Part shown: piece by piece, positions 10,036-26,135 of the stretch
Numbering within the stretch: position 1 is the stretch's first letter
Layout of the letters: each line of letters begins with the position of its first letter
Assembly (NCBI GenBank): GCA_963702005.1
Contig: OY969696.1
Coordinates: 3,647,692-3,711,691 of the forward strand
DNA from: Candidatus Aminicenantes bacterium
Lineage (GTDB): Bacteria; Acidobacteriota; Aminicenantia; Aminicenantales; JAFGBC01
Direction: 5' to 3'
Length of the DNA stretch: 64,000 bases
Notes under the pieces: generated by a model
The model's database searches: none
The model's input: only the letters and a program-made list of their open reading frames with translations
What the model was told of the DNA's origin: nothing
Program-made: the position numbers and the translations under genes

Positions 10036-10573
10036 CGGCCACCCCCGCTTTCCGTTCCTTCTTGATGAGCTTCTCGCCGGCGTGGCGGATGCCCTTGAGC
10101 TTGTAGACGTCGGGCCGTCTGAAGTTCTTGATCTCCTGGGCGACCTGGCCGACCCGCTGCTTGTCGATCCCCTTGACGGTGATCAGGGTCGGCTTGTCGA
10201 GGACGATCTCGATGCCCTTGGGGATCGGGTAGACGACCGGCTTCGAGTAGCCCAGGTTGAGCTCGAGCTTCTCTTTATCGACCTTGGCCCGGTAGCCGAC
10301 CCCGAAGATCTCGAGCTGCTTCTGGTAGCCGGCCGTGACGCCCAGGATGGCGTTGGCGGCCAGGGTCCGGCACAGGCCGTGGAGGGCTTTCTGCTCCTTA
10401 CTGTCGTCGCGGCGGGCGAGCTTGAGCGTCTTGTCCTCGAGGACGGCCGTGATGCCCGGCCGCAGGGGGGAGTCCAGCCGGCCCTTGGGACCTTGGATTT
10501 CGATCCGGTCCGGGCCGATCGTGACCTTGACCTCCGGCGGCACCGTGATGGGTAACTTTCCGACTCGTGACAT
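10028..10573 (-). CDS. rplF: 50S ribosomal protein L6
   Basis: 181 aa; MSRVGKLPITVP…. Confidence 0.95.
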   Translation of the reverse strand: MSRVGKLPITVPPEVKVTIGPDRIEIQGPKGRLDSPLRPGITAVLEDKTLKLARRDDSKEQKALHGLCRTLAANAILGVTAGYQKQLEIFGVGYRAKVDKEKLELNLGYSKPVVYPIPKGIEIVLDKPTLITVKGIDKQRVGQVAQEIKNFRRPDVYKLKGIRHAGEKLIKKERKAGVAGA

Positions 10574-10597
10574 GTTCGTCCCTCTTCCCTTAAGGAC

Positions 10598-10996
10598 TCA
10601 CCAGATCGTGCAGAGAACCTCGCCGCCCGTCCCGAGCTCCTCGCACCTCCGCCCGGTACAGACGCCCTTCGAGGTCGAAACGATGACGACCCCCAGGCCG
10701 TCCAGGACCTTGGGGATGGAATCCTTGGTGCAGTAGATCCGGCAGCCGGGGCGGCTGACCCTCTGGAGCCCGGTGATGACGCTCCGGTTGTCGTCCGCGT
10801 ACTTGAGGATGATGTTGAGGACGCCCTGCTTGGGGTCGTCGACGACCTTGAAGTTACGGATGTAGCCTTCGTCCTTGAGGATCTTGGCGATCTCGACCTT
10901 CATCCGCGATAAGGGGATGTTGACCTCCCGCTTCCTGGCCTTGGCCGCGTTCCGGATCCGGGTCAGCAGATCGGCGATGGGGTCCGTCACACTCAT
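10598..10996 (-). CDS. rpsH: 30S ribosomal protein S8
   Basis: 132 aa; MSVTDPIADLLTRIRNA…. Confidence 0.95.
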   Translation of the reverse strand: MSVTDPIADLLTRIRNAAKARKREVNIPLSRMKVEIAKILKDEGYIRNFKVVDDPKQGVLNIILKYADDNRSVITGLQRVSRPGCRIYCTKDSIPKVLDGLGVVIVSTSKGVCTGRRCEELGTGGEVLCTIW

Positions 10997-11017
10997 GATC
11001 CTATCCTTTCTTCCCGC

Positions 11018-11203
11018 TCACCAGGACGCCTTGATGATCCCCGGGATCTCCCCCTTGAGGGCGAGCTCGCGGAAACAGAGCCGGCACAGGTCGAATTTGC
11101 GGTAGTAGCCGCGGGAACGCCCGCAGATCCGACAGCGCCGCCTATGGCGGATGGCGTACTTCGGGGTTCGGTTGTCCTTGACGATGGATGCTGTGGTCGC
11201 CAC
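11018..11203 (-). CDS. rpsN: 30S ribosomal protein S14, zinc-binding type Z (61 aa)
   Basis: [20 protein letters not shown] zinc motif. Confidence 0.95.
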   Translation of the reverse strand: MATTASIVKDNRTPKYAIRHRRRCRICGRSRGYYRKFDLCRLCFRELALKGEIPGIIKASW

Positions 11204-11226
11204 GTTCGTCCTTCCTTTTCCTCGAC

Positions 11227-11772
11227 CTACTGGGCCTCGCGGAACGGCATGCCCAGCCGCTTGAGGAGGGCGAAGGCCTCCCGGTCGGTCCGGGCCGAGG
11301 TCACGATCGTGATGTTCATGCCCCGGGACCTCTCCACCTTGGTGTAGTCGATCTCGGGGAAGACGAGCTGGTCTCTCATGCCCAGGGTGTAATTGCCCCG
11401 GCCGTCGAAACCCTTGGGGTTGACGCCCCGGAAATCGCGGACCCGGGGCAGGACGATGTTGACGAGCCGGTCGAAGAACTCGTACATCCGCTCCCGGCGC
11501 AGGGTCACGTAGCAGGCGATCGGCTGGCCCTTGCGGAGCTTGAAGGCCGATATGGACTTCTTGGCCCGGCCGACGGCGGGGAGCTGCCCGGTGATGAGGC
11601 TCAGCTCGGCCTTGGCCGTGTCCAGGACCTTGATGTTCTGGATGGCCTCGCCGACGCCGACGTTGACGATGATCTTCTCGAGACGGGGCACGGCCATCCG
11701 GTTGCCCAGTCCGAGCTCCTGCTGGAGCTCGGCCAGGATCTCCTTGAGGTATTTCTCCTTGAGTCGGCTCAT
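11227..11772 (-). CDS. rplE: 50S ribosomal protein L5
   Basis: 181 aa; [12 protein letters not shown]…. Confidence 0.95.
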   Translation of the reverse strand: MSRLKEKYLKEILAELQQELGLGNRMAVPRLEKIIVNVGVGEAIQNIKVLDTAKAELSLITGQLPAVGRAKKSISAFKLRKGQPIACYVTLRRERMYEFFDRLVNIVLPRVRDFRGVNPKGFDGRGNYTLGMRDQLVFPEIDYTKVERSRGMNITIVTSARTDREAFALLKRLGMPFREAQ

Positions 11773-11782
11773 CGCGCTCTCC

Positions 11783-12115
11783 TCACTTGACCTGGTCCAG
11801 GCTGCCTTGGCATCGGGCGCAGAGCCGGGTTTTGCTCCCGTCGCCGAGCCGCTTGACGCGGACGCGGACGCCCCGTCCGCAGTCCTCGCAGAAGATCATG
11901 ATGCTGGAGAGGGCGATCGGCGCCTCCTTCTCCATGATCCCGCCCGAGATGTTCTTGCTCCGGTCGGGCCGGATGAACTCCTTGACGAAATGGACCTTCT
12001 CGACGATGGCCCGGTGCGTCTCGGGGAGAACCATCAGGACCTTCCCCTGCTTGCCTTTGTCCCGTCCCCGCCGGACGACGACGATATCGTTCTTCTTGAT
12101 GAGGGGCTTGGCCAT
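11783..12115 (-). CDS. rplX: 50S ribosomal protein L24 with a C-terminal CxxC…CxxC zinc ribbon (start at [14 protein letters not shown]…)
   Basis: KOW domain plus C-terminal FCEDCG…CARCQG. L24 zinc-ribbon variants are known, e.g. Thermus-type. The TGATG junction overlaps rplN. Confidence 0.9.
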   Translation of the reverse strand: MAKPLIKKNDIVVVRRGRDKGKQGKVLMVLPETHRAIVEKVHFVKEFIRPDRSKNISGGIMEKEAPIALSSIMIFCEDCGRGVRVRVKRLGDGSKTRLCARCQGSLDQVK

Positions 12116-12483
12116 CAGAGGACCTCCGGAGCGAGTGAAACGATCTTCATGAATTTCTTGTCCCGCAACTCGCGGCCGACCGGCCCGAAGACGCGGGTCC
12201 CGATCGGCTCCCCGGCCTTGTCGATGATCACGGCGGCGTTGTCGTCGAAGCGGATGTAGGAGCCGTCCTTGCGGCGGATTTCCTTGCGGACCCGGACGAC
12301 GACGGCCCGGATGACCTTGCCCTTGGCGATCTTGCTCTCGGGGTCCGCCTCCTTGACGGTCGCCGAGATGACGTCGCCGATCGTGGCCGTCCGGCCCACG
12401 CTCCCGCCCAGGGGCGTGATGCACATGATCCGCCGCGCGCCGGAGTTGTCGGCGACCCTGAGCATCGTTTGCTGTTGGATCAT
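12115..12483 (-). CDS. rplN: 50S ribosomal protein L14 (start at [17 protein letters not shown]…)
   Basis: 122-aa L14 family sequence. Confidence 0.95.
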   Translation of the reverse strand: MIQQQTMLRVADNSGARRIMCITPLGGSVGRTATIGDVISATVKEADPESKIAKGKVIRAVVVRVRKEIRRKDGSYIRFDDNAAVIIDKAGEPIGTRVFGPVGRELRDKKFMKIVSLAPEVL

Positions 12484-12788
12484 TGTCGGATGTCCTTCGT
12501 CTTCGATTCGGGCTCGGGGGCGGCCAGCCCGACGATCTCGAGGACCCGCCAGCGCTTCAACTTGCTGATGGGCCGGGTCTCGATGATCCGGACGACGTCC
12601 CCGACCTTGCACTTCTCGTACTCATCGTGAACCATGAACTTCTTACGCCGCTGGACCGTCTTCTTGTAAAGGGGATGGCGGAACTGCCGCTCGACCAGAA
12701 CGGTCACCGTCTTCTTCATCGTCTTGCCGACGACGACGCCGACCTTGAACGTCTTCCGCTTGGGGGCTTGGGCGCTTGTCGTATCCAT
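12480..12788 (-). CDS. rpsQ: 30S ribosomal protein S17
   Basis: …[18 protein letters not shown]…. Confidence 0.95.
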   Translation of the reverse strand: MDTTSAQAPKRKTFKVGVVVGKTMKKTVTVLVERQFRHPLYKKTVQRRKKFMVHDEYEKCKVGDVVRIIETRPISKLKRWRVLEIVGLAAPEPESKTKDIRQ

Positions 12789-12791
12789 GTC

Positions 12792-12992
12792 CTACTCCGT
12801 TCGCGTCCGGCCCAGGTCGCCGAGGAGGGTCTGGATCCGGGCGATGTCCTTCTTGATCGTCCGCAGCTTGGCGGCATTCTCCAGCTGCCCCAGGGCGTGC
12901 TGGAAGCGCAGCTTGAACAGCTGGTCCCGCAGCTCGGTTTCCTTGGCCATGAGCTCGTCGGTCGACAGCTCGCGCAGTTCCTGGATCTTCAT
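12792..12992 (-). CDS. rpmC: 50S ribosomal protein L29 (start at [14 protein letters not shown]…)
   Basis: 66-aa L29 sequence; the longer ORF extension is artefactual. Confidence 0.9.
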   Translation of the reverse strand: MKIQELRELSTDELMAKETELRDQLFKLRFQHALGQLENAAKLRTIKKDIARIQTLLGDLGRTRTE

Positions 12993-13411
12993 CGCAACTC
13001 CACGTTGTCTCTCGAAATGAATCGCGTCTTGATCGGCAGCTTGTGGCCCGCCAGCCGCATCGCCTCGCGGGCGATCTCCTCGGAGACGCCCTCGAGCTCG
13101 TAGAGGATCCGTCCCGGCCGGATGACGTCGACCCAGAACTCGGGGTCGCCCTTGCCCTTTCCCATCCGGACCTCGGTCGGTTTCTTGGTGACGGGCTTCC
13201 AGGGGAAGCTGCGCAGCCAAAGCCTGCCATGCCGCTTGATGAAGCGGGTGATCGTGATCCGGCCGGCCTCAAGCTGGCGGGCCGTCAGCCAGCAAGGCTC
13301 CAAGGCCTGGAGGCCGAACTCCCCGAAGGAGAGGGTCCCGCCCCGGAGGGCCTTGCCCCGCATCCGCCCCCGTTGGGACTTCCGGTATTTGACCTTGCTG
13401 GGCATCAACAT
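12989..13411 (-). CDS. rplP: 50S ribosomal protein L16
   Basis: [19 protein letters not shown]…. Confidence 0.95.
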   Translation of the reverse strand: MLMPSKVKYRKSQRGRMRGKALRGGTLSFGEFGLQALEPCWLTARQLEAGRITITRFIKRHGRLWLRSFPWKPVTKKPTEVRMGKGKGDPEFWVDVIRPGRILYELEGVSEEIAREAMRLAGHKLPIKTRFISRDNVELR

Positions 13412-13413
13412 GG

Positions 13414-14082
13414 CTAGATCTCCTCGACTTCGGGGGTTTGGATCGTCATCTTGGGCTTATCGACGTCGCCCCGGTAGATCCAGACCTTGATCCCGATCTG
13501 GCCGTAGGTCGTGAAGGCCTCGGTGAAGGCATAATCGATGTCGGCCCGGAGGGTCTGGAGGGGAAGCCGGCCCTTGAGGTACCACTCGGTGCGGGCGATC
13601 TCGACCCCGCCCAGGCGGCCCGAGCACATGACCTTGATCCCCTTGGCACCCATGCGCATGGCGTTCTCGATGGCCTTGCGCATCGCCCGCCGGTAGGCGA
13701 TCCGCTTTTCGAGCTGGATGGCGATCCCCTCCCCGGTCAGCAGGGCGGTCAGTTCGGGCTTGTCGACCTCGCGGATGTCGACGTAGACGTCCCGCTTGGC
13801 GACCTTCTCGAGAAGCCCCTTGAGGCTCTCGATCTCCTTGCCGCCCCGGCCGATGATGATCCCGGGCCGGGCGGTGTGGATGATGACCCGGACCTTGGGG
13901 CCGACCCGTTCGATATCGATCGAGGCGATTCCGGCGTGGGCGTACTTGTTCTTGATCTCCTTCTTCATCCGGAGATCCTCATGGATGAGGCGGGCGTAGG
14001 CCGCGCCCTTGGCGAACCAGCGGGAACTCCACTGCTTATTGAACCCCAGCCGAAACCCGAATGGATGCGTCTTCTGTCCCAC
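13414..14082 (-). CDS. rpsC: 30S ribosomal protein S3
   Basis: [13 protein letters not shown]… with a KH domain. Confidence 0.95.
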   Translation of the reverse strand: MGQKTHPFGFRLGFNKQWSSRWFAKGAAYARLIHEDLRMKKEIKNKYAHAGIASIDIERVGPKVRVIIHTARPGIIIGRGGKEIESLKGLLEKVAKRDVYVDIREVDKPELTALLTGEGIAIQLEKRIAYRRAMRKAIENAMRMGAKGIKVMCSGRLGGVEIARTEWYLKGRLPLQTLRADIDYAFTEAFTTYGQIGIKVWIYRGDVDKPKMTIQTPEVEEI

Positions 14083-14085
14083 GGT

Positions 14086-14502
14086 TCATCTCCCTTTGCG
14101 ATCTTCTAAGTAAACGTGGACGTGGCTCGTCCGCTTGAGGATCTGGAAGGCCCGTCCCATCGGCGCGGGCCGGATCCGCTTGAACTGCGGCCCCTGGTCG
14201 ACGAAGATCCGGGCGATGTAGAGGCTGTCGACGTCGATCGAAGGGACCTTGTTCTGGGCGTTGGCGATGGCCGAGCGGAGGGCTTTCTCGATGATGGCGC
14301 TCGCCTTCCTTTTCTCGTTGTGGCGGAGGATGGTCAGGGCCTCCCCGACGAAGCGGTCCCGGACCAGGTCGGCAACCAGGCGGGCTTTCTGGGGCGAGAT
14401 CCGGATGTAGCGGGCCGCGGCGCTCGAAACGAAAGCGGACTCGCGTCCCTGATCGTGTTCTTGTTCGTGATCGTGATCGCGGGCCTGGCTGCGCTTGTCC
14501 AT
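14086..14502 (-). CDS. rplV: 50S ribosomal protein L22 with an Asp/His/Glu-rich N-terminal extension
   Basis: L22 core (…ARYIRISPQKARLVADLVR…) preceded by MDKRSQARDHDHEQEHDQGRE. Confidence 0.9.
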   Translation of the reverse strand: MDKRSQARDHDHEQEHDQGRESAFVSSAAARYIRISPQKARLVADLVRDRFVGEALTILRHNEKRKASAIIEKALRSAIANAQNKVPSIDVDSLYIARIFVDQGPQFKRIRPAPMGRAFQILKRTSHVHVYLEDRKGR

Positions 14503-14503
14503 G

Positions 14504-14794
14504 CTACGCCTTCACCTTCACGGCCTTGGCCGACTTCGAAGTATGTCCCTTGAAGGTCCGGGTCGGGGAGAACTCCCCGAGCTTGTGGCCGACCATGTTC
14601 TCGGTGACGAAAACCGGGATAAACTTGCGGCCATTGTGGACGGCAATCGTCAGTCCGACCATCTCGGGGATGATCGTCGAGCGCCGGGACCAGGTCTTGA
14701 TGACCTTCCGCTTCTCGCCCAGGGACTCGAGGGCCTTGACCTTGGTCAAAAGGTTGCTATCGATGAAGGGACCTTTAGCGAGGGACCTGCCCAT
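14504..14794 (-). CDS. rpsS: 30S ribosomal protein S19
   Basis: [12 protein letters not shown]…. Confidence 0.95.
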   Translation of the reverse strand: MGRSLAKGPFIDSNLLTKVKALESLGEKRKVIKTWSRRSTIIPEMVGLTIAVHNGRKFIPVFVTENMVGHKLGEFSPTRTFKGHTSKSAKAVKVKA

Positions 14795-14796
14795 GA

Positions 14797-15624
14797 TTAC
14801 TTGCTCCTTCTCCGGACGATGAAGACCTTGGTCCGTTTGTTTCTGCGCGTTTTAAAGCCTTTGGTCGGGATCCCCTCGGGGCTGACCGGGTGGCGGCCGC
14901 CCTTGGACCGGCCTTCGCCGCCGCCGTGGGGATGGTCGATCGGGTTCATGGCCGTCCCGCGAACGTGGGGCCTCCAGCCGCGCCAGCGCGTCCGGCCGGC
15001 CTTGCCGATGTCGATGTTCTGGTGGTCGAGGTTGCCGACCTGTCCGATCGTCGCCCGGCAGTCGAGGTGGATCTTGCGGATCTCGGACGAGGGCATCCGG
15101 ACTTGGGCGTAGTCCCCTTCCTTTGCCAGGATCTGGGCGCCGCTGCCGGCCGACTTGGCGACCTGACCGCCCTTATCCTTGCGGAGCTCGATGTTGTGGA
15201 TGATGGTGCCGAGCGGGATGAAGCGGAGGGGCATGGCGTTGCCGGGCAGGATGTCGACCTGCTCGTTCGAGGACAGGACGGTCTGTCCGACCTTGAGGTC
15301 GCCCGGGGCTAAAATGTAGCGGCGCTCGCCGTCGGCGTACTTGACGAGCGAAATGAAGGACGACCGGTTGGGGTCGTATTCGACCGTCTCGACCCGGCCC
15401 GGGATGCCGATCTTGTCCCGCCTGAAGTCGATGATCCGGTAGACCCTTTTATGTCCCCCACCGTGATGGCGGATCGAGAGATGTCCCCGCGAGTCGCGCC
15501 CGCCCGACTTGGGCAGGGGCTCGAGGAGGGGTTTATAGGGCCGGGATTCGCTGAGCTCATTGTAGTCCAGGCCCGTCCGGTGCCGGATGCCCGCGCTGGT
15601 GGGTCGATAGGTTTTAATGCCCAT
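14797..15624 (-). CDS. rplB: 50S ribosomal protein L2
   Basis: 275-aa L2 family sequence (…HGGGEGR…). Confidence 0.95.
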   Translation of the reverse strand: MGIKTYRPTSAGIRHRTGLDYNELSESRPYKPLLEPLPKSGGRDSRGHLSIRHHGGGHKRVYRIIDFRRDKIGIPGRVETVEYDPNRSSFISLVKYADGERRYILAPGDLKVGQTVLSSNEQVDILPGNAMPLRFIPLGTIIHNIELRKDKGGQVAKSAGSGAQILAKEGDYAQVRMPSSEIRKIHLDCRATIGQVGNLDHQNIDIGKAGRTRWRGWRPHVRGTAMNPIDHPHGGGEGRSKGGRHPVSPEGIPTKGFKTRRNKRTKVFIVRRRSK

Positions 15625-15626
15625 GG

Positions 15627-15923
15627 TTAGGCCCCCTCAAAATACTCGATCATTTTCTCGCCTTCGCGGAGCTTAACATAGGCCTTCTTCCAGTCTCCGG
15701 TCGGGCCCATGCTCCGGCCGACCCGCCTCGTCTTGCCGACCATGTTCTGGGTTCGGACGTTGGCAACCTTGACCTTGAACAGCAGCTCGACGGCCCGCTT
15801 GATCTCGGACTTGTTGGCGTCGCGGCGGACGGCGAAGCAAATAATGCGGCTTCGGTCCTTGAGGGCCGTCGTCTTCTCGGTGATGACGGGCTTGAGGATG
15901 ATCCGGGTCGCGTCTCTTGTCAT
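15627..15923 (-). CDS. rplW: 50S ribosomal protein L23 (start at [17 protein letters not shown]; ATGA overlap with the rplD stop)
   Basis: L23 family sequence; start chosen by homology. Confidence 0.85.
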   Translation of the reverse strand: MTRDATRIILKPVITEKTTALKDRSRIICFAVRRDANKSEIKRAVELLFKVKVANVRTQNMVGKTRRVGRSMGPTGDWKKAYVKLREGEKMIEYFEGA

Positions 15924-16540
15924 TTGAGCCTCTCCATCAGGGAATCGAACGCCCGCCGGCTCAGGACGAGCCACTTAAAGCGCAGGACATCGAAGGCGTT
16001 GACCTGCCGCTCGTCGATGGCCTGGACCCGGGGAATGTTCCGGAGGGCCTGGAACAGGTTGACGTTGGCGCTGCTGTCGACGACCAAGGCCGAATCGAGC
16101 TTGAGGGCCTTGAGCCAGTTCGCGCCTTCCTTGGTCTTGGGGGCCTGGAGGGCGATCTCGTCCAGGACGAGGAGGCTCGCCTCCTTGTGCTTGAGGGCCA
16201 GAGCCGAGCGGAGGGCATTGGCCTTGACTTTTTTGGGAAGCTCGTAGGCGTAGTCGCGGGGTTGCGGCCCGAAGACAATTCCGCCTTTGCGCCAGAGGGG
16301 ATTCCGGATCATGCCGACGCGGGCGCGGCCGGTCCCTTTCTGCCGCCAGGGCTTCCGATTGCTGCCGGTGACTTCGCCCCGCGTCTTGGTCGCGGCCGTG
16401 CCCCGGCGCCGGTTGGCGAGCCGGTTGACGGCCGTTTCGTGAAGGAGCTGTTCCTTGACCGGATAGCCAAAAACCCGGTCGGGCAGCTCGATGTCCCGAG
16501 TGGGATGGCCGCTCGAGTCGAGTACGGATATTTTAGACAT
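15920..16540 (-). CDS. rplD: 50S ribosomal protein L4
   Basis: 206-aa L4 family sequence. Confidence 0.95.
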   Translation of the reverse strand: MSKISVLDSSGHPTRDIELPDRVFGYPVKEQLLHETAVNRLANRRRGTAATKTRGEVTGSNRKPWRQKGTGRARVGMIRNPLWRKGGIVFGPQPRDYAYELPKKVKANALRSALALKHKEASLLVLDEIALQAPKTKEGANWLKALKLDSALVVDSSANVNLFQALRNIPRVQAIDERQVNAFDVLRFKWLVLSRRAFDSLMERLK

Positions 16541-17174
16541 GGAAGTTGTCCTTGAGGATCAGAAGGTAGCCGTTCCGGGCCCCGGGGACGGCCCCCTTGA
16601 CGACGAGGAGGTTCTGCTCGGGATCGGTCCGGACCACCTCGAGGCCGCGGACCGTGACCCGGTCCTGCCCCATATGGCCGCCCATCCGCATCCCCTTGAC
16701 GACGCGGGAGGGGTAGGACGAGGCGCCGATCGATCCGGGCGCCCGGTGGAACATCGAGCCGTGGGCGGCGCCGCCGCCCCGGAAATGATACCGCTTGACG
16801 ACGCCGGCGAAGCCCTTGCCCTTGCTCGTCCCGGTGATGTAGACCTTGTCCCCTTCCTTGAAGATATCGACCAGGACCTGGTCGCCCTCCTTGATTTCGG
16901 CCTGGGCCGCGAACCGGAACTCGCGGAGGACCCGGACGGGCGGGATGCCCGATTTTTTGAAATGGCCGATCCGGGGCTTGGTCGTCTTCTTGAGGCCCTT
17001 GTCCTCGACGAAACCGAGCTGGACGGCTTCGTAGCCGTCCTTATCCTTAGTCTTCCTCTGGATGACCGTGCAGGGGCCGGCCTTGATGACGGTCACCGGA
17101 ACGACGTTTCCGTCGGGGTCGAAGGTTTGGGTCATCCCGATTTTCTTGCCGATCAACCCTTCCACCATGATCAA
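16533..17174 (-). CDS. rplC: 50S ribosomal protein L3
   Basis: …[13 protein letters not shown]…. Confidence 0.95.
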   Translation of the reverse strand: MIMVEGLIGKKIGMTQTFDPDGNVVPVTVIKAGPCTVIQRKTKDKDGYEAVQLGFVEDKGLKKTTKPRIGHFKKSGIPPVRVLREFRFAAQAEIKEGDQVLVDIFKEGDKVYITGTSKGKGFAGVVKRYHFRGGGAAHGSMFHRAPGSIGASSYPSRVVKGMRMGGHMGQDRVTVRGLEVVRTDPEQNLLVVKGAVPGARNGYLLILKDNFHV

Positions 17175-17491
17175 TCTCCTCCGGCCCCGAAGGCCTTGAT
17201 CTCGACGTCGATGCCGGCCGGGAGGTCCAGCTTCTGGAGTTCTTCGATCGTCTCGTTGTTGTATTCGCTGATGTCGATGAGGCGTTTGTGAATCCTCATC
17301 TCGAAGTGCTCACGGGATTTTTTGTCGACGTGGGGGGAGCGCAGGACGCAGAAACGATGAATCCGGGTCGGCAGCGGGATCGGGCCCGCGATGTGAGCGC
17401 CCGTCCGTTTGGCCTTGACGACGATGTCCTTGACGGACTGGTCCAGCAGCCGGTGGTCAAAGGATTGCAGCCTGATTCTGATCTTTTCCAT
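17171..17491 (-). CDS. rpsJ: 30S ribosomal protein S10
   Basis: [19 protein letters not shown]…. Confidence 0.95.
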   Translation of the reverse strand: MEKIRIRLQSFDHRLLDQSVKDIVVKAKRTGAHIAGPIPLPTRIHRFCVLRSPHVDKKSREHFEMRIHKRLIDISEYNNETIEELQKLDLPAGIDVEIKAFGAGGD

Positions 17492-17530
17492 CGTTCGTTC
17501 CTCGGTTCTTCAGATTCATCGCCTCTGCCT

Positions 17531-17552
17531 GGGGACGGACCGGGCCGTCCCC
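17531..17552 (-). promoter_or_regulatory. GC hairpin (8-bp stem GGGGACGG/CCGTCCCC) in the tuf-rpsJ spacer. Possible attenuator or processing structure of the S10 operon leader.
   Basis: Palindrome read directly from the sequence. Function is inferred from its position. Confidence 0.3.
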
Positions 17553-17575
17553 GCTCTCGGGCCGTTCGCGACCCG

Positions 17576-18778
<1,203 letters not shown>

Positions 18779-18805
18779 GGCTGACTTGGACCTCCTCTCA
18801 GCGTC

Positions 18806-20896
18806 TTAGTAAGCCGGAATCCTTCCCTCGATCCGGGCGATGATCTCCTCGGCGACGGCCGGCGGAGCCTGCTCGTACCGGAAGAATTCCATGGAAAATA
18901 CTCCGCGACCCTGGGTCAGGGTCCGGAGGATGGTCGCGTATCCGAACATTTCGGCCAGGGGGGCGAAGGCCTTGACGACGCGGGCGCCCGCCCGCATCTC
19001 CATGCCCTCGACCCGTCCCCGCCGGGCGTTGATATCCCCGACGACGTCCCCCAGGTAGTCGTCGGGGGCGATGACCTCGAGCTTCATGATCGGCTCGAGG
19101 AGCGTCGGCGAAGCCTTGATGGCGGCCTCCTTGAAAGCCAGCGAGCCCGCGATCTTGAAGGCCAGCGGGCTGGAATCGACTTCATGGAACGTCCCGTCCA
19201 GGAGCGTCACCCGGATATCGGCCATCGGAAAGCCGGCCAGGATTCCGACATCCATGGCCTCCATGACGCCGTTCTCGACGGATGAGGCGTATTCCTTGGG
19301 GAGAACCGCCTCTCGCGTCAGGTCCACGAACTCGAACTCCGTCCCGCGCGGGAGAGGCTCGACCCGTACCCGGCAGTGGCCATATTGGCCCCGGCCTCCG
19401 GTCTGGCGGATGTACTTCCCCTCGCCCTCGGCCGCGCTCCGGATGGTCTCCTTGTAGGCGACCTGGGGTTTGCCCAGCCCGGCCTGGACCCCGTACTCCC
19501 TCTCCATCCGGTCCATGATGATCTCGAGATGGAGCTCGCCCATGCCGCGAACCAGGGTCTGGCCCGTGTTCGGGTCCCGGGCGATCTTGAAGGTGGGGTC
19601 TTCCCTGGCCATCTTGGCCAGGGCGTTGGCGAGCCGGACATGGTCCGCCTTGGTCCGGGGCTCGATCGTCGCCGAAATGACCGGCTCGGGGAACTTGATC
19701 GATTCGAGGATGAGGGGCCGGCTCTTGAGGCAGAGGGTATCCCCGGTCGAGACGTTCTTGAGGGAGCCGAGGGCGGCGATATCCCCGGCGTGGAGCTCCT
19801 GGACCTCGCGCCGCTTATTGGCGTGCATCTCGAGGATCCGCGTCAGGCGCTCGTCCTCGTCCTTGGTCGAGTTATAGGCGGCCTGGCCGAGCTTGGCCTT
19901 CCCCGAATAGACCCGGACGTAGGCCAGCGTCCCGACGTAGGGATCGTTCATGATCTTGAAGACGAGACCGGAGAACGGCTCATCGTCGGCGGGCCGCCGG
20001 GTTTCGACGTCGAGTGTCCGGGGATGGTGGCCGACGACGGGGGGGACGTCGGCCGGCGAGGGAAGATGATCGACGATGGCATCGAGCAGGGGGTGGACCC
20101 CCTTGTTCCGGAACGAGGCCCCGAACAGGACGGGCACAAAATCGAGGGCGATCGTCCCCCGCCGGATGGAGGCCTGAAGCTCCGCGGCGGAGAGATCCGC
20201 CCCGCTCAGATACCTCTCCAGGAGGATATCGTCCGTCTCGCTCAGCCGTTCGATCATCTCGTTCCTTTTCGTCAACGCGTCCCGGCGCTCCTCCCCGGCG
20301 ACGTCCCTGACTTCGAAGGACGTCCCGAGCAGGTCCGCGCCCCAGTCGATCTCCTTCATCCGGACGAGGTCGACGACGCCCCGAAACGTATCTTCCCGTC
20401 CCAGGGGCATCTGGACCGGGAGCGGCCGGGCCCCCAGCCGCGTCCGGATCTCTTCGATGGCCCGCTCAGGCTCCGCGCCGACGCGGTCCATCTTGTTGAT
20501 GTAGACGACCCGCGGGACCCGGTACCGGTCGGCCTGCCTCCAGACCGTCTCCGATTGGGGCTCGACGCCGCCAACCCCGCACAGGATGATGACGGCCCCG
20601 TCCAGGACCCTCATGCATCGTTCCACCTCGGCCGTAAAGTCGACATGGCCGGGCGTATCGATGATATTGATACGGTGGTCATTCCAGGCGCAGGTCGTCG
20701 CGGCGGACGTTATCGTGATCCCGCGCTCCTGCTCCTGGACCATCCAATCCATAACCGCGGTCCCCTCGTCCACTTCGCCCATCTTGTAGGTGATCCCGGT
20801 GTAGAAAAGAATGCGCTCCGTGGTCGTAGTCTTGCCGGCATCGATGTGCGCCATGATACCGATGTTCCTGACGCGCTCGATCGGATAGGAACGCAT
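18806..20896 (-). CDS. fusA: Elongation factor G
   Basis: 696 aa; [15 protein letters not shown]… G-domain and domains II-V. Confidence 0.97.
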   Translation of the reverse strand: MRSYPIERVRNIGIMAHIDAGKTTTTERILFYTGITYKMGEVDEGTAVMDWMVQEQERGITITSAATTCAWNDHRINIIDTPGHVDFTAEVERCMRVLDGAVIILCGVGGVEPQSETVWRQADRYRVPRVVYINKMDRVGAEPERAIEEIRTRLGARPLPVQMPLGREDTFRGVVDLVRMKEIDWGADLLGTSFEVRDVAGEERRDALTKRNEMIERLSETDDILLERYLSGADLSAAELQASIRRGTIALDFVPVLFGASFRNKGVHPLLDAIVDHLPSPADVPPVVGHHPRTLDVETRRPADDEPFSGLVFKIMNDPYVGTLAYVRVYSGKAKLGQAAYNSTKDEDERLTRILEMHANKRREVQELHAGDIAALGSLKNVSTGDTLCLKSRPLILESIKFPEPVISATIEPRTKADHVRLANALAKMAREDPTFKIARDPNTGQTLVRGMGELHLEIIMDRMEREYGVQAGLGKPQVAYKETIRSAAEGEGKYIRQTGGRGQYGHCRVRVEPLPRGTEFEFVDLTREAVLPKEYASSVENGVMEAMDVGILAGFPMADIRVTLLDGTFHEVDSSPLAFKIAGSLAFKEAAIKASPTLLEPIMKLEVIAPDDYLGDVVGDINARRGRVEGMEMRAGARVVKAFAPLAEMFGYATILRTLTQGRGVFSMEFFRYEQAPPAVAEEIIARIEGRIPAY

Positions 20897-20950
20897 AACT
20901 TCTTCTCTCCATAAATCTCGGCGTCACCTGCACTCTGGGAATACGGGAGA

Positions 20951-21421
20951 CTACCATTTATAATGGGCAAACGCCCTGTTGGCCTCCGCCATTTTATGCG
21001 TGTCTTCGCGCTTCTTGATCGCCCCGCCCTTGTTGGCCAGGGCGTCGAGAATCTCCGCCGACAGCTTCTCTTCCATGCTCCGCCCGCCCCGCTCCTGGGC
21101 GTACTTGATGAGCCAGCGGATGCCCAGGGAGGTCGACCGCTGGGTGGGGACTTCGATCGGAACCTGATAGGTGGCCCCGCCGACCCGCCGCGATTTCGTC
21201 TCGAGCAGGGGCCGGACGTTCTCGACGGCTTTCTCCATGGCCTTGAGAGGGTCTTCCTTGGACTTGTCCTTGACGATGTTCATCGTGTCGTAAATGACAC
21301 GCTCGGCGACGTTCTTCTTCCCGCGCTTCATGCTCAGGTTGATGAACTTGGCGATGAGCGTGCTGTTGTAGAACGGGTCCGGCTGGGGCTTTCTCTTCTT
21401 GACAATTCCACGTCTGGGCAT
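20951..21421 (-). CDS. rpsG: 30S ribosomal protein S7
   Basis: 156-aa S7 family sequence. Confidence 0.95.
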   Translation of the reverse strand: MPRRGIVKKRKPQPDPFYNSTLIAKFINLSMKRGKKNVAERVIYDTMNIVKDKSKEDPLKAMEKAVENVRPLLETKSRRVGGATYQVPIEVPTQRSTSLGIRWLIKYAQERGGRSMEEKLSAEILDALANKGGAIKKREDTHKMAEANRAFAHYKW

Positions 21422-21439
21422 CGGGGGACTCCTTGGGCG

Positions 21440-21829
21440 CTAGGACGCGACCTTTTTCTCCTTGGGCTTCTTGGCGCCATAGCGGGACCGCGCCTTCATC
21501 CGGTTCTGGACGCCCTCGGAGTCAAGGGTCCCCCGAATGAGGTGATAGCGAACGCCGGGGAGGTCCTTGACGCGGCCGCCCCGGACGAGGACGATCGAGT
21601 GCTCCTGGAGGTTGTGGCCGACTCCGGGGATATAGCCGGTGACCTCGACGTTGTTGGACAGGCGGACTCGGGCGACCTTGCGCATGGCGGAGTTCGGCTT
21701 TTTAGGGGTCGTCGTAAAAACCCGGATGCAGACGCCCCGTTTTTGCGGACATCTATCGAGAGCGGGCGACTTGCTCTTGTATCTCTTCAGAGTCCGTCCT
21801 TTTCTAATGAGTTGGTTAACGGTCGGCAA
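21440..21829 (-). CDS. rpsL: 30S ribosomal protein S12
   Basis: [12 protein letters not shown]… …PKKPNSA…. Confidence 0.97.
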   Translation of the reverse strand: MPTVNQLIRKGRTLKRYKSKSPALDRCPQKRGVCIRVFTTTPKKPNSAMRKVARVRLSNNVEVTGYIPGVGHNLQEHSIVLVRGGRVKDLPGVRYHLIRGTLDSEGVQNRMKARSRYGAKKPKEKKVAS

Positions 21830-21908
21830 AACAGCTACTCCTCTCTAGACGCGAATTGAAAAAAACAGGCATCCATCCCGGTACAGACCTCCCGGGACGA
21901 ATGCAGGG

Positions 21909-21937
21909 ATAATACCAAAATTGGCATTTTCTGTCAA
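21909..21937 (-). promoter_or_regulatory. Near-consensus sigma-70 promoter for the str operon: TTGACA, 17-bp spacer, TATTAT, about 75 nt upstream of rpsL.
   Basis: Minus-strand read: TTGACAgaaaatgccaattttggTATTAT. Confidence 0.6.
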
Positions 21938-21956
21938 CACTCCCTATAGGGGCGCA

Positions 21957-26131
<4,175 letters not shown>

Positions 26132-26135
<4 letters not shown>

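Noticed and set aside
11783-12115. C-terminal CxxC…CxxC motif in L24 considered as a novel zinc ribbon
   Set aside because: Zinc-ribbon-containing L24 variants are known in some bacterial lineages, e.g. Thermus-type L24. It is not novel.
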